A stretch of 64,000 nt of DNA from Candidatus Latescibacterota bacterium (GCA_965205975.1 OZ242195.1:1536001-1600000); one strand, 5' to 3'. Positions 9,969 to 19,997 are shown, counted from the first letter of the stretch. The notes: generated from the sequence alone by a model not told the origin. Program-made: numbers and translations.

Positions 9969-11308
9969 TATTTGCTCCGCCCTTCCACCGCATCCAGATA
10001 GACACCCTCTGCCTTCAATTCGACATCGCAAAAGTCCTCTGGCCAATCTCCAAAAGCACCATTTTTATCCAAATCAGCACTTTCGATTGACGTCGTTCCA
10101 TCTTCATCACTACGCGAAAACCAGTGCAACTTCACAAAATTGGGATCAAGATCACCCTTCGCTACCAATGTCTGCACCTGCAGTAACAACAATGCGCTAT
10201 GTGTCTCTACGACCAACTTCACACCACGCTTTGCCGTCTCTGCCAAAATTTTTGCCAGTGCATATTGTGATCTCGGATGCAGGTGCAATTCCGGCTGCTC
10301 GATATACACCAGTTGCCCCGGCTTTGCAACCAAAAGTGCGACAAGCACGGGCAATACTTGTGAAACACCAAATCCAACGTCTGCGATACTTACGAAGTCT
10401 CCTCCACCTCGCTTTGCTTTCGGTAGCCGTCCAATCTGCAACTCAATTTGTGCATCATTAACGACTTTGGCAAAAATTTTCCATGTTAGGCCAAGGTCAG
10501 TAAGCATTGTCTCAAGTGCTCTTAGACGGTTATCTTTTTTTCTTTGCCAATCAGCAATAATCGTGGCGACATAATTTTCAAATGTACCAGGGAAATCAGG
10601 ACCTGTAGCTGTCTTGGGATAAATACGCTCGGGGTTGCCGCGTAAACCAGGGACGTGAACTATATTGTGCAGTTCTTCCTGAAAAACAAAAAAAGAAAAT
10701 ATTCCTGGCTCGTAAATTTGAAGTATCGGTGAGAACTTAACTCTTGCCTCATCGTTGAGGGCCTCATACGCGACATTGAGAAAACACCGATTTCTGAAAA
10801 CCGACCACTTTAGGCCTTCAAGTAATTTTTTCTGCCTAACTATTGATATAATCTTTTCTAACTCACCGGAACTTTGGTTTGGCCTTAAAGAAAAAGAATA
10901 ATTGCCGAATCCAATAATCATATCTCGGATTTCAAGTGTTTGATTCTCGTTAAGAGAAAACGTAATTTTAAGCGTCGGAAATATCGCGTGGTTTATTTGG
11001 ACACTGAATTCCTGAGAATTAGAATCTTTCTGCATACGCGAAATGAATTGGTTGGCGGATGTAAATTTCGCATTTGGACCATTCAACAAAAGGGGTCCGG
11101 GATCATAACTCGCCTCAAGGGTTTGCTTCATCAGCAACAAGGGTTGCATGATGCTCGATTTGCCAGAACTATTCGCACCTGATAGGATCGTCAGTGGACG
11201 AATTTCAATTCGACTCTCATTGGCAAGCGACTTGAACCCCTGCACAGAAATCGCAGTGATTCCCTTATTCTTATCATTTTTTGATATTTGCTGCTTTGCC
11301 ATCATCAA
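9968..11308 (-). CDS. ABC/SMC-like ATPase (AAA_15/AAA_21 type) with DUF3696-like C-terminus
   Basis: GFKS, GANSSGKS Walker A, DVGFGVSQVLPVLV signature, IEQPELHLHP Walker B/D-loop, ETHS, C-terminal WPEDF. Confidence 0.85.
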   Translation of the reverse strand: MMMAKQQISKNDKNKGITAISVQGFKSLANESRIEIRPLTILSGANSSGKSSIMQPLLLMKQTLEASYDPGPLLLNGPNAKFTSANQFISRMQKDSNSQEFSVQINHAIFPTLKITFSLNENQTLEIRDMIIGFGNYSFSLRPNQSSGELEKIISIVRQKKLLEGLKWSVFRNRCFLNVAYEALNDEARVKFSPILQIYEPGIFSFFVFQEELHNIVHVPGLRGNPERIYPKTATGPDFPGTFENYVATIIADWQRKKDNRLRALETMLTDLGLTWKIFAKVVNDAQIELQIGRLPKAKRGGGDFVSIADVGFGVSQVLPVLVALLVAKPGQLVYIEQPELHLHPRSQYALAKILAETAKRGVKLVVETHSALLLLQVQTLVAKGDLDPNFVKLHWFSRSDEDGTTSIESADLDKNGAFGDWPEDFCDVELKAEGVYLDAVEGRSK

Positions 11309-11317
11309 GTTCCTTTA

Positions 11318-12076
11318 TCACGACAATGGAAACGGCATCCCGACCTTAGGAAAATGTCCAAATTGATCTTTCCCTCGCAGTACAATGGGCTGCCACGCTT
11401 GCTTATGTGAATTGAGCGTGGTCTGTTTAACCTGCGGGGGGATAAATCGCACGGTCAGCCCACACCGCCGCCGGTTTGATCGATTGGGATTGCTCGCGTG
11501 AAATAATTGCCCGTCGTGAACCGACATCTGCCCGGCCCTCAACACAATATCGACCGCCGCGCTATCATCCACATAGTCATCTGGAATCTCCTGATTAATA
11601 CTCAGCAAATTGCCTTCGCGCGCTGATTTGTCGTGTACTGCAATCCCATTTTTGTGCGATCCCGGAATAAAACGCATACACCCATTCTCCACATCCGCAT
11701 CGTCAATGGCGATCCAGGCCGTGTGTGCGATGGGCGGTTTAAGCCCCCAGTACGTAATATCCTGATGCCACGCCACAAATATCTTTGCCTCTGGATCGGG
11801 ATATTTGCAAAAAAAATGGGTGGATAATAGCATCACATTGTCGCCCATCACGGCCTGCATCACGTCTAAGATCCGCTTATCCGTTGCCAGTTGCCAGATA
11901 AACACCTCGTCAAAATGCCGCCCCTGCAAACCGATCTGGCACTTCTCCTTGCCCTCTCGCGCTTCCAAATCGTCAAATAACGCGCGAAAATGCCCGATCT
12001 CGCGTTCTGAAAACACATCGACCTCTGTCAAAAATCCCTGCGTCTCATAAGTTTCGACCATAGAATCTAAAGACAT
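11318..12076 (-). CDS. Phytanoyl-CoA dioxygenase family (Fe/2-oxoglutarate) protein
   Basis: WHQD, WIAIDDADVENGCMRFIPGSH, HAS.PN.SNRRR motifs; start taken at MSLDS. Confidence 0.88.
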   Translation of the reverse strand: MSLDSMVETYETQGFLTEVDVFSEREIGHFRALFDDLEAREGKEKCQIGLQGRHFDEVFIWQLATDKRILDVMQAVMGDNVMLLSTHFFCKYPDPEAKIFVAWHQDITYWGLKPPIAHTAWIAIDDADVENGCMRFIPGSHKNGIAVHDKSAREGNLLSINQEIPDDYVDDSAAVDIVLRAGQMSVHDGQLFHASNPNRSNRRRCGLTVRFIPPQVKQTTLNSHKQAWQPIVLRGKDQFGHFPKVGMPFPLS

Positions 12077-12238
12077 GGTGCGTTCCTTTCGTGAGCAATG
12101 GCGAACTGTATATAAAATATTAGGAATATCCCGCACGCGCAACCCGTTTTCCAAATTGATTAAAAAAGAACCGGTTCAAAAGCGATACAATGCATAGTGC
12201 TCGCTATCAAACCGGCTTCTAACCGTTTTATCACCTGC

Positions 12239-13111
12239 TCAGACGCCGATCTCGCGCAAAAAAGACGGACTCAGCGTGCCGCGCGCTACTTCTGCCACAG
12301 GTCCCGCCATTGTCAGATTAAACGCTTCATCCACATCAATCATCAACGTGCCTCCGGGCGCATCTACCGTCACAGGTGATGCCACCAGTCCCAAACGCAC
12401 CGCAGCGCTTGCCGCAGCACATGACGAAGATCCCGACGCCTGAGTTTCACCTGCACCGCGTTCCCAGATCAAAATGAAAATTTTTTGATCCCCCGTGGGC
12501 ACGACCAACTGCACATTGGTTCGCCTCGGAAAAATCTCGTGGTTCTCCAACTCAGGTCCCAGACGCAACAAATCATCGCGCGACCACGCCTCGCCCCTCG
12601 GCTTAAACACCACACAGTGGGGATTGCCCACGCTCACACCCGTAAACACCATATCTTCGCCAGCAGCAGTAATCGGCTCTTCAATCAGTTCTTCCACCTC
12701 GAGCGAACAGGGCAATGCCCCTGGTTCAAACGTCGCCTGCCCCATCTCCACAGTCGCCGCACTCGCATCGCCCCATTCGTCGATATGCAAATCAATATGA
12801 ACCAGTCCCCCCGGCGTATCGACTGAGAATGACGTTTTGTCCAACTTACCAGTAGCATGCAAATACCGCGCAAAAATCCTCAGCCCATTGCCCGATTTCT
12901 CTGCCTCACTGCCATCTGGATTCCATATCCGCAACCCGAAATCCGCGCGGCCAGACGCTTCCAATGTCAAAATGCCATCACTCCCCACCCCCCAATTGCG
13001 ATCACAGATTTTCTCAATGCGCTCTGGCGTCAATTCAAATGTCAATTCTTTTGGATCCATCACCAGATAATCATTGCCCAATCCATGACCCTTAAAAAAT
13101 CCGTTCTCCAT
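12239..13111 (-). CDS. dapF: Diaminopimelate epimerase
   Basis: KGHGLGNDY, GVGSDG, NPDGSEAEKSGNG, SVGNPHCV, WERGAGET; the usual catalytic Cys positions read as Ser (KSGNG, ASGSS). Confidence 0.8.
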   Translation of the reverse strand: MENGFFKGHGLGNDYLVMDPKELTFELTPERIEKICDRNWGVGSDGILTLEASGRADFGLRIWNPDGSEAEKSGNGLRIFARYLHATGKLDKTSFSVDTPGGLVHIDLHIDEWGDASAATVEMGQATFEPGALPCSLEVEELIEEPITAAGEDMVFTGVSVGNPHCVVFKPRGEAWSRDDLLRLGPELENHEIFPRRTNVQLVVPTGDQKIFILIWERGAGETQASGSSSCAAASAAVRLGLVASPVTVDAPGGTLMIDVDEAFNLTMAGPVAEVARGTLSPSFLREIGV

Positions 13112-13131
13112 AATTGCTCCTGTTTTTTATC

Positions 13132-14427
13132 CTAACTAACAATCACCGCGACCCGATGCATCGAATTGTTGAGATACCCCTTCGGATTCCATACAATGGC
13201 GTGTGGCTGACTGACACCTTGCGAATCGGTCGCCCTTGCCCAGATTTCGTAATATCCCGCTTTGGGAAACGCAATCTCCGCCCGCCAGTTCTGCCACGCA
13301 TACGCATTCACTGGCTCATCGAGCTCCGTATCAATCCATGTTGCACCAAAGTCGATGGACAGATGGACAGAATCGACCTTCCGATCTCCCGCCCAAGCAT
13401 GCCCGCGCACTTCCAGAGTCCGCTCGCTCATCTTGTGACCAGTAGCTGGATTTGTAATTAACGACTTAACCTTCATGGCGTGGATAATCTCGAAGTCCTT
13501 CTCATCTACTTTTTCTCCGGGCACTATCATCCGATTGGGTATCCGATAATCGATTCCCGTCATCTTCGGTCCATCGTGAACCTGATCTCGCAACCAGATG
13601 CGAGTCAGCCACTTCTGCGAACACGACCCCGACCAACCGGGAATGATCAAACGCAACGGCGCACCGTTCATGGGATGGATCGGTTTGCCATTCTGGGCGA
13701 AAGCAATGAGATTGTGCTCGTCCATCGCCTTCTCAATCGGCACCCCACGCGAGATGGGAAGCCGGCCTTCCTCACCAGAAACATGGGTATCGGCACCCAC
13801 ATGTGCGGTATAGACCACATTGTCTTGTACCCCAGCAGCCTTGAGAACATCAGCCAGACGAACACCAGTCCACTCGGAACACGCCACAGCGCCATAGGTC
13901 CATTGACTACCATCCGCAGGAGGCTCAAAAAAGGCGCGTCCATTGCCGCCACACTCCAGTGTCAGTGCTCTGGTCACGGCTTCAAATCGCTGTTTGAGAT
14001 CGTCAATACTGAGTGTCATGGGATTATCTACCAGACCATCAATCATCAGCTTCCAGCCCACCGCTTCCGTATTCTCTGGTGGAATGCCATTGTTGCGGAT
14101 AAAATGCCTCTCTGTCGGAGTAATAGCGTCATCGAGCAAATGCGGAGGCGTTTCGGCATTCAATGGCCGATCATTGAGCACGGTCAAGCCGTCCTTCCCT
14201 TGAATCATATCCTCCGAAGCGAGCGCGACAGGAATAAAATGAGCCGGAATATTCCGATGAAACGGAATCGCCGCCCCGACCATGGCGCCCATCATCGCCA
14301 GCCCGGCCTTCTTCAAAAATCCACGCCTGTCGGGATGCGTCTCACGGCCAAATAATAAGTAGTCAGCCTCATCGGGGTTGTTCTGATAGAGTTCAAACAA
14401 TCCTTGCTCTGTGTGTTTTTTGTTCAT
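13132..14427 (-). CDS. Sulfite oxidase family molybdoenzyme, Tat-exported
   Basis: DRRGFLKK twin-arginine motif, NAETP, FIRNNG, LECGGNGR, GAPLRLIIPGW, C-terminal dimerisation domain WNPKGYLNN. Confidence 0.88.
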   Translation of the reverse strand: MNKKHTEQGLFELYQNNPDEADYLLFGRETHPDRRGFLKKAGLAMMGAMVGAAIPFHRNIPAHFIPVALASEDMIQGKDGLTVLNDRPLNAETPPHLLDDAITPTERHFIRNNGIPPENTEAVGWKLMIDGLVDNPMTLSIDDLKQRFEAVTRALTLECGGNGRAFFEPPADGSQWTYGAVACSEWTGVRLADVLKAAGVQDNVVYTAHVGADTHVSGEEGRLPISRGVPIEKAMDEHNLIAFAQNGKPIHPMNGAPLRLIIPGWSGSCSQKWLTRIWLRDQVHDGPKMTGIDYRIPNRMIVPGEKVDEKDFEIIHAMKVKSLITNPATGHKMSERTLEVRGHAWAGDRKVDSVHLSIDFGATWIDTELDEPVNAYAWQNWRAEIAFPKAGYYEIWARATDSQGVSQPHAIVWNPKGYLNNSMHRVAVIVS

Positions 14428-14432
14428 TGTTA

Positions 14433-14660
14433 CTACCTCTTTTCCGCTGCCAGCATCAGCCGCTCGCCCTTGGGTTCCGGTATTGGGTCGCCAAATTCCT
14501 GCGCGGTATCAATCCAAAGAGCTATCGCTTGATTAACGTTCTTGAGAGCAGCTTCTTGCGTGTCGCCATGAGCCATACATCCTGGAAGCTCGGGCACTTC
14601 AGCCACAAAAACATCATCCCCGTTGCTCCAATAAAGAATGATTTCGTACTTATATATCAT
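14433..14660 (-). CDS. HicB family antitoxin
   Basis: YEIILYWS..D..FVAEVPELPGCMAHGDT.E.AL..IALWI....E.GDPIPEPKG. Confidence 0.88.
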   Translation of the reverse strand: MIYKYEIILYWSNGDDVFVAEVPELPGCMAHGDTQEAALKNVNQAIALWIDTAQEFGDPIPEPKGERLMLAAEKR

Positions 14661-14689
14661 TCATACTTCTCCACATTCACCGCGGCGGT

Positions 14690-15331
14690 TCAATCTTTAC
14701 TCCCTAACGACTCTAAGCGTGTCACCCAGCCGCTAAACCGAGGGCATTTAGCGCGAATTGTTTCCAATCCTATCTCCATTGCTATAAGGGGACCATAAAC
14801 TTTCTTTTGATACTGAGGTATAACCTTCACAATCCGTTTGCTCGGAGCCGTTTCACTGTTGTCGTTAATGTCCTCAGGAGTCAAAAACCTTACGCGGATA
14901 CTCCGCAATTCCTCAATAGACTCTTCCGGCGCATCAATCGCATTTGCAAAAGCATTTACATTCGAGAATAACAGCCCCTCGAATTCATGTTTTTGGATAT
15001 AGGGAAACACCTTTTCTGGATGCCAATGGCGACCGAGTTTCCTGCTAATCTGTTGATTCATATCTTCTTCTAAATCATCAACCGTCTTATTGCCTTTGCG
15101 ACGAAACCCGTAGAAATCGACGAATGATGTCACTGCATCAAAGGAGCGAAGTAAATAGGCCATTTCTGACACGAGTCGATCCAACGAAACATTTCCGCCA
15201 TTAGATCCACCGCGGGCGCGACCAAGCAGAATTGGTGTCGTATAGATTCCAATTCTCGACAGATAGTCTGCAAGCACATTTTTGACAAATTCCTCTTCAG
15301 TTTGGCCCTCCACTGATATGGCGAGTCGCAT
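14690..15331 (-). CDS. DUF4276 family protein (TOPRIM-like)
   Basis: VEGQTEEEFV, VDFYG, PYIQKHEFEGLLFS, PEDIND..TAPSKR, CPRF motifs; start overlaps the ATPase stop. Confidence 0.85.
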   Translation of the reverse strand: MRLAISVEGQTEEEFVKNVLADYLSRIGIYTTPILLGRARGGSNGGNVSLDRLVSEMAYLLRSFDAVTSFVDFYGFRRKGNKTVDDLEEDMNQQISRKLGRHWHPEKVFPYIQKHEFEGLLFSNVNAFANAIDAPEESIEELRSIRVRFLTPEDINDNSETAPSKRIVKVIPQYQKKVYGPLIAMEIGLETIRAKCPRFSGWVTRLESLGSKD

Positions 15332-16476
15332 CAAGGACGTCCTCCGAGCAGATTCTTCTGCCAAAGTTCACCTGAGGTAAAGCTTTCCTCAAGCCATACT
15401 CGATAATCATCCGGTGCCAATTTGCGAAATTCAGTACGACCATCCTCCATATCCAACACAAAGATCTCATCGAGATCGAATGCGTCAACAAGCAAGGGCG
15501 ATTGCGTTGCTACAATGACCTGCCTTTTCTTAGACAGGGCCTTTATCATACCCCCAATCAAGGCAATTGCTGCCGGATGCAAGCCCAATTCTGGCTCATC
15601 TAACAGAAGAACATCGGGCAACATCTCCAGTGGAAGATTGAGGAGTGTCACCAGGGCGAAGAACCGCAGTGAGCCATCAGATGTGAGATGTGCGCCAAAG
15701 GTCTTGTCCATTCCTCTGGCCTTCCAGCGCAACAACACTTTTCCATAGCTCTCCTCAATTGCAAAACGATCAAAGCCCGGTAGGATCCGACCAATGTGCT
15801 TACAGATCAGTTCAAAGCGCTTGATGTCTTCCCACTCCAACCGATGCAGTACAGCAGCCAAGTTCCCTCCATGACTAAGAAGCTGATTGTTGTCCTCCAC
15901 ATCCCAACTCGTTTTGAAGTTCGAGGCATAGGAAGTATCGTGAAACTGATATACCGAACAACTCCGTAACAAGCTGACAATGAACTGGGTGGTAAAACGA
16001 TGATTCGCCAGAGGCGCGTGAGGTGGTATATCTTCGACTATCTTGGCCTCTGAGTGACCTCTTCCGAGATATTGCCAGTCTGCGGCGGTGCGGCGGAATG
16101 CCTCTTCCGTGAATATAAAACGGTCAGGCTGAGCATAAGCGAGTGAGATATGATAATCATACTGGGCTTCAGTGGGTTGCATGGTTACCGTCTCGATAGC
16201 TGTTGTTCGCATAGTTATCGTGGCTCTCATTTCCGGACTACGCTTGCTACCGCCAAACAACTGATCATCGGCCCCTCCTTGCATCGCGGCAAATTCACCG
16301 AGTCTGCGAGGACCGAGCATCCAGCTCAGCATTTCAAAAAAGCGAATAAAATTGGACTTGCCAGAACCATTGGCACCAATTAAGACCGCCGCTTTGGGAA
16401 TACCCAAAAGCTCGACATCTGCTAATGATCGGAATCCCTGAATACGGACCTGATCTATGAAGGTTGTTTTATTCAT
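15331..16476 (-). CDS. ABC/SMC-like ATPase (AAA_21 type)
   Basis: GFRS, GANGSGKSN, YQFHDTS, SDGSLRF, LLDEPELGLHP, ATQS. Confidence 0.88.
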   Translation of the reverse strand: MNKTTFIDQVRIQGFRSLADVELLGIPKAAVLIGANGSGKSNFIRFFEMLSWMLGPRRLGEFAAMQGGADDQLFGGSKRSPEMRATITMRTTAIETVTMQPTEAQYDYHISLAYAQPDRFIFTEEAFRRTAADWQYLGRGHSEAKIVEDIPPHAPLANHRFTTQFIVSLLRSCSVYQFHDTSYASNFKTSWDVEDNNQLLSHGGNLAAVLHRLEWEDIKRFELICKHIGRILPGFDRFAIEESYGKVLLRWKARGMDKTFGAHLTSDGSLRFFALVTLLNLPLEMLPDVLLLDEPELGLHPAAIALIGGMIKALSKKRQVIVATQSPLLVDAFDLDEIFVLDMEDGRTEFRKLAPDDYRVWLEESFTSGELWQKNLLGGRP

Positions 16477-16548
16477 CGCATATTCTCCATACACGGAAGC
16501 CTCCAGCAGCACATCGGTCAATGAAAAATCTCATTGCTCATCACTCCA

Positions 16549-16845
16549 TCAAACCGTTGGATGTAGTTCATAGCGATTAACCCGGATCTGATCTTCTCTC
16601 TTACGCGCTTGCACCAGATTATAGGCGGTCTGACGACGCAGCCAGAATTCGGCGTTGGACCATCCAGCCTTTTCCAACCGAATAGCCATCTCCGGAGAAA
16701 TAGCCGCGTGACCATTTAATACGCGTGAAAGCGTATGACGGGCTACCCCCAAAACCTTTGCTGCTTCGGTAATATTCAGACCGAGGGGTTCCAGACAGTT
16801 CTCTTTGATGCTAAGGCCCGGATGTAGTGGATTCTTCATAGCCAT
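16549..16845 (-). CDS. HigA family antitoxin (HTH_3)
   Basis: MKNPLHPG...[47 protein letters not shown]. Confidence 0.88.
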   Translation of the reverse strand: MAMKNPLHPGLSIKENCLEPLGLNITEAAKVLGVARHTLSRVLNGHAAISPEMAIRLEKAGWSNAEFWLRRQTAYNLVQARKREDQIRVNRYELHPTV

Positions 16846-16878
16846 CGATATCTCTGATCTTCCTTCAACGGGTATTCA

Positions 16879-17199
16879 CTATTGATTCAAGCTTTTCTGG
16901 ATAGTTCCCAGGTCTCGATTGAGGTCTTCGAGATCGTATTGGGCTGGTACTTTTCTGGCACGCGCATAGTCCATCATCTCCCATAAGGAAACACCAGCAT
17001 CACGAGCAGCGCGTGCAAGTGTGAGCTTTCCATCCCCGTATAGACGGGCGTAGTGCTCCAACTTCCATTGCTGGATTGCTTTTGCCAGCAGGCGCCTCAC
17101 AGTAGTCGAGCGGTCAGACTGCTCGACATCCTCAATGAGTTCCAATTCACGCACTAATTCCAAAGGGAGCCTGGTACTTATCATACGTTCCTTTTTCAT
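16879..17199 (-). CDS. UPF0175 family protein (antitoxin-like, N-terminal ribbon-helix-helix)
   Basis: ISTRLP..L RHH-like start; LY.DGKLTLARAARDAGVSLWEM; YDLEDL..D. Confidence 0.75.
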   Translation of the reverse strand: MKKERMISTRLPLELVRELELIEDVEQSDRSTTVRRLLAKAIQQWKLEHYARLYGDGKLTLARAARDAGVSLWEMMDYARARKVPAQYDLEDLNRDLGTIQKSLNQ

Positions 17200-17261
17200 A
17201 GCTTCGCCTCCCGTGCTCCTGCTTGACGTTCTGGCTATAGCCTACTCTATGTTCTCCACTG

Positions 17262-18161
17262 CTACTGCACTCCGAACAGCGCGAAGGAGAAATTTGGTGC
17301 TGGATCGACAAGGTCGCTTCTGTCTTGTAGATAACGGTGTTTTTGCGCCTCGGACGGAATGGTCTCTATCTCCACAAAGCCAATGCGCGACATCTCGTCA
17401 TTCAATTCCTCGGGCGTAAACACAGACAACATCGGCTCCCCGCGGCGAGCTACAAATCGGTCCAACCTATCGGCGAAAGGCAAGCTCTCTTCGGGGATAA
17501 GATGCCTGGCGAGCTTATAATCGAAAACAATGCGGCTGCCCGGCCCGGCAACATCTGCAACGCGACCAAGCGTCTCCTGTATCGCATCCTTTGTGAGATA
17601 ATAGGTCGTTCCCAACCATGAAAAAAAGGCGGGCTTCTCTGGATCGAATCCCGTCCGGATAAGTGCCTCATTTAGCTGGTCGGTCTCAAAATCAATGGGA
17701 ACAAATACCAGATTGGACGGAACATCGCCGTTGACCGCGCGCACCTGTTTCTCTTTTGTCGCCTGAGTCGCGGGATGATCCAACTCGAATATCCGCACGC
17801 TATCCACAAGCTCCTTGTGGCGCATGGAAAACGTATCGAGACCCGCACCGAGGATCACATATTGTCCAACACCCTCCGATATCGCCTCCATGAGACGGTC
17901 TTCGGCATATCTGGCCCGCAGGATAACCTCGGTGTGTACGGGACGAAAAGACTGGAAAACTTTGTGGACAACGAACCAGCTAAGCAGTCTATTCTTGGCG
18001 ATCACACGCCAGATAAACGGTATCATGTCAACCGCATAATCATCGGCAAAAACCGGGGATTTGCTCTGCTGTTGATGATACGCACGTACACTTGCTGCGA
18101 GTGCCGCCGTCTTGCTCGTCCTGTGCTTGTGAGCGGATATTCCAGATTGAAGTGAAGACAT
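17262..18161 (-). CDS. Class I SAM-dependent methyltransferase (LCM/TIGR00027-like)
   Basis: TAALAASVRA, RARYAED, QYVILGAGLDT, FELDHPATQ, SWLGTTYYL. Confidence 0.85.
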   Translation of the reverse strand: MSSLQSGISAHKHRTSKTAALAASVRAYHQQQSKSPVFADDYAVDMIPFIWRVIAKNRLLSWFVVHKVFQSFRPVHTEVILRARYAEDRLMEAISEGVGQYVILGAGLDTFSMRHKELVDSVRIFELDHPATQATKEKQVRAVNGDVPSNLVFVPIDFETDQLNEALIRTGFDPEKPAFFSWLGTTYYLTKDAIQETLGRVADVAGPGSRIVFDYKLARHLIPEESLPFADRLDRFVARRGEPMLSVFTPEELNDEMSRIGFVEIETIPSEAQKHRYLQDRSDLVDPAPNFSFALFGVQ

Positions 18162-18190
18162 ACTAATCCTTCTTTCGTCGTCAGCCCTGC

Positions 18191-18583
18191 TCACACTCGC
18201 TCTTCTACCCATCGGACGACAGTTTCTGCGATCTCCACGGCATCCATGTATTCCTGTTCTTCAACCGGATTGGACAATCCCGGATAGCGTGTATCCACAG
18301 CATATGGAGTGAGTCTTGCAGCGCGGCGGACCGGATTCGGAACCGTCTCTCCATCATCTTCAAGTATGGACAATAACAGGGCCAAGTTGTGTACATAAGG
18401 GAAATCGATGTCACGCGAAATCATCACAGCCTTGATGGCTTTCTCAGCAGCCTGCTGAGCTTCAAAGCACAAATCCTCCAGGTAGGCATCGGGCACGCGG
18501 TTCCTCGCCATAGCGAGATTGCTTCTGGCACGATTCAACCACTCTCGTGGATCATCGGGTGAAAAACGCTCAGGTGGCTTCAT
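18191..18583 (-). CDS. HEPN domain protein (toxin of an MNT/HEPN pair)
   Basis: WLNRARSNL, CFEAQQAAEKAIKA, PYVHNL, TRYP; overlaps the MNT gene. Confidence 0.88.
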   Translation of the reverse strand: MKPPERFSPDDPREWLNRARSNLAMARNRVPDAYLEDLCFEAQQAAEKAIKAVMISRDIDFPYVHNLALLLSILEDDGETVPNPVRRAARLTPYAVDTRYPGLSNPVEEQEYMDAVEIAETVVRWVEERV

Positions 18584-18893
18584 ATACTACCCGTCCTTCC
18601 TGCAGGGCAGGCTTGATGACCAAAGCATGGCTATTCTTGTAGCGTTCTACATCCGCTGGCGAGACCAGAATCGCATCAACCGCGACGCTCACACCGTACA
18701 GATTTTCGTAAATACGAGCCCTGAGATCCGCGTCTCCTCCCTCTTTGACGATGAGCAGATCGACGTCACTATGCCGCGTCATCGCGCCTCGCACGGCGGA
18801 TCCAAATAGGATAATCAGCTGCGGCTGCGCAACCTCCACGACGCGCTGAATGATGTCATCCAACGTATTCTGGTCAAGTCTCTGTTTCCCCAT
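18570..18893 (-). CDS. Minimal nucleotidyltransferase (MNT) antitoxin
   Basis: ILFGSAVRG....SDVDLLIV motif, EGRVVYE C-terminus. Confidence 0.88.
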   Translation of the reverse strand: MGKQRLDQNTLDDIIQRVVEVAQPQLIILFGSAVRGAMTRHSDVDLLIVKEGGDADLRARIYENLYGVSVAVDAILVSPADVERYKNSHALVIKPALQEGRVVYEAT

Positions 18894-19025
18894 GGCGTTT
18901 CCTGTCTTATCAAACCAACATTGCCCATTTGCTCCGTTCCCCTCGCCCGCAACGGATTGAGAATGCGTTTCGAATTCTCTGATGCCGCGTAAGCATCTAT
19001 CGAAGGGAGCCCCTCTCTGATTACG

Positions 19026-19997
19026 TCAATCCTTCCAGATCATCACCACAGCCATTGTTTCATCAAGACGCGTGTACAACAAATCAAATGCTTCAGCAGC
19101 GTCCTCAAAATCAAAACGATGGGTCACCATTGTCCGCGTCTGGATCTTATCTTCCATCAACAACTGGATCGCCGTATCCGACCCCTGTGGCCGGTACGCG
19201 CCGTCCAGATATCCTCCAATCAGGCGTTTGCCCTGAATTTTTGACGAATCCAGAGGCAGTGGCTCACCCTCATACAATCCCACAACCTGCAACAACCCAC
19301 CCCCACGCACCATATCTTGCGCCTGTGCAAATGCCTGTGCGCCCGCGCGTCCCCCCACTGCTTCAACCACAACATCCGCACCCCGACCATCAGTAAGCTC
19401 TTTCACCGCTGCAATCGGATCGGTATCGCCCGCATTTACCACAGCACTCGCACCCAACTGTTCGGCCAAATCACAGCGCAGGGACAAGGCATCGACCGCA
19501 ATCACCCGGCAATCGTGCAAATGCCGCGCAACCTGCATACAGCAACTCCCCACCAGACCTTGTCCCAAAATCGCCATGGTATCGTCTGGACCAGCCCCAG
19601 TGTCCCGCATCCACAGCACCGAACTCGTAGCCAGGGGCCAAAAAGTCGCCGCCTCGGATGTAACCGCATCGGGTAGCGATACCACTGCTGGTTTATGGCG
19701 CGAATTGACAACCTCAACAGCCACGTACTCGGCATGCGGTGCCAGAGCCGCTACCCTTTCTCCCATCGAAAAATCATCTACCTGCGCCCCCACCTGCACA
19801 ATCGTTCCAGCGAGCGAATATCCCATCATCTGGTGATCAATCGCCTCTTCTCGCACATACCGCCGCCAGATCTCAGATCCCCTGCTAATCAGCGTGCGTT
19901 CCGTTCTGATAAGCACCTCTGTCTGTCGAATCTCTGGCAAAGGCACATCTTCAATCTCGACATGGTACGCGCCTTCGGGTTTAATCACGCGTTTCAT
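19026..19997 (-). CDS. Zinc-binding (MDR) dehydrogenase
   Basis: ISRGSE, GYS..G, GQGLVG Rossmann motif, GADVVVEAVG, VTHRF. Confidence 0.85.
   Translation of the reverse strand: MKRVIKPEGAYHVEIEDVPLPEIRQTEVLIRTERTLISRGSEIWRRYVREEAIDHQMMGYSLAGTIVQVGAQVDDFSMGERVAALAPHAEYVAVEVVNSRHKPAVVSLPDAVTSEAATFWPLATSSVLWMRDTGAGPDDTMAILGQGLVGSCCMQVARHLHDCRVIAVDALSLRCDLAEQLGASAVVNAGDTDPIAAVKELTDGRGADVVVEAVGGRAGAQAFAQAQDMVRGGGLLQVVGLYEGEPLPLDSSKIQGKRLIGGYLDGAYRPQGSDTAIQLLMEDKIQTRTMVTHRFDFEDAAEAFDLLYTRLDETMAVVMIWKD

Noticed and set aside
18894..19025. Possible gene remnant between the MNT and dehydrogenase genes
   Set aside because: Translations show no motif I can recognise
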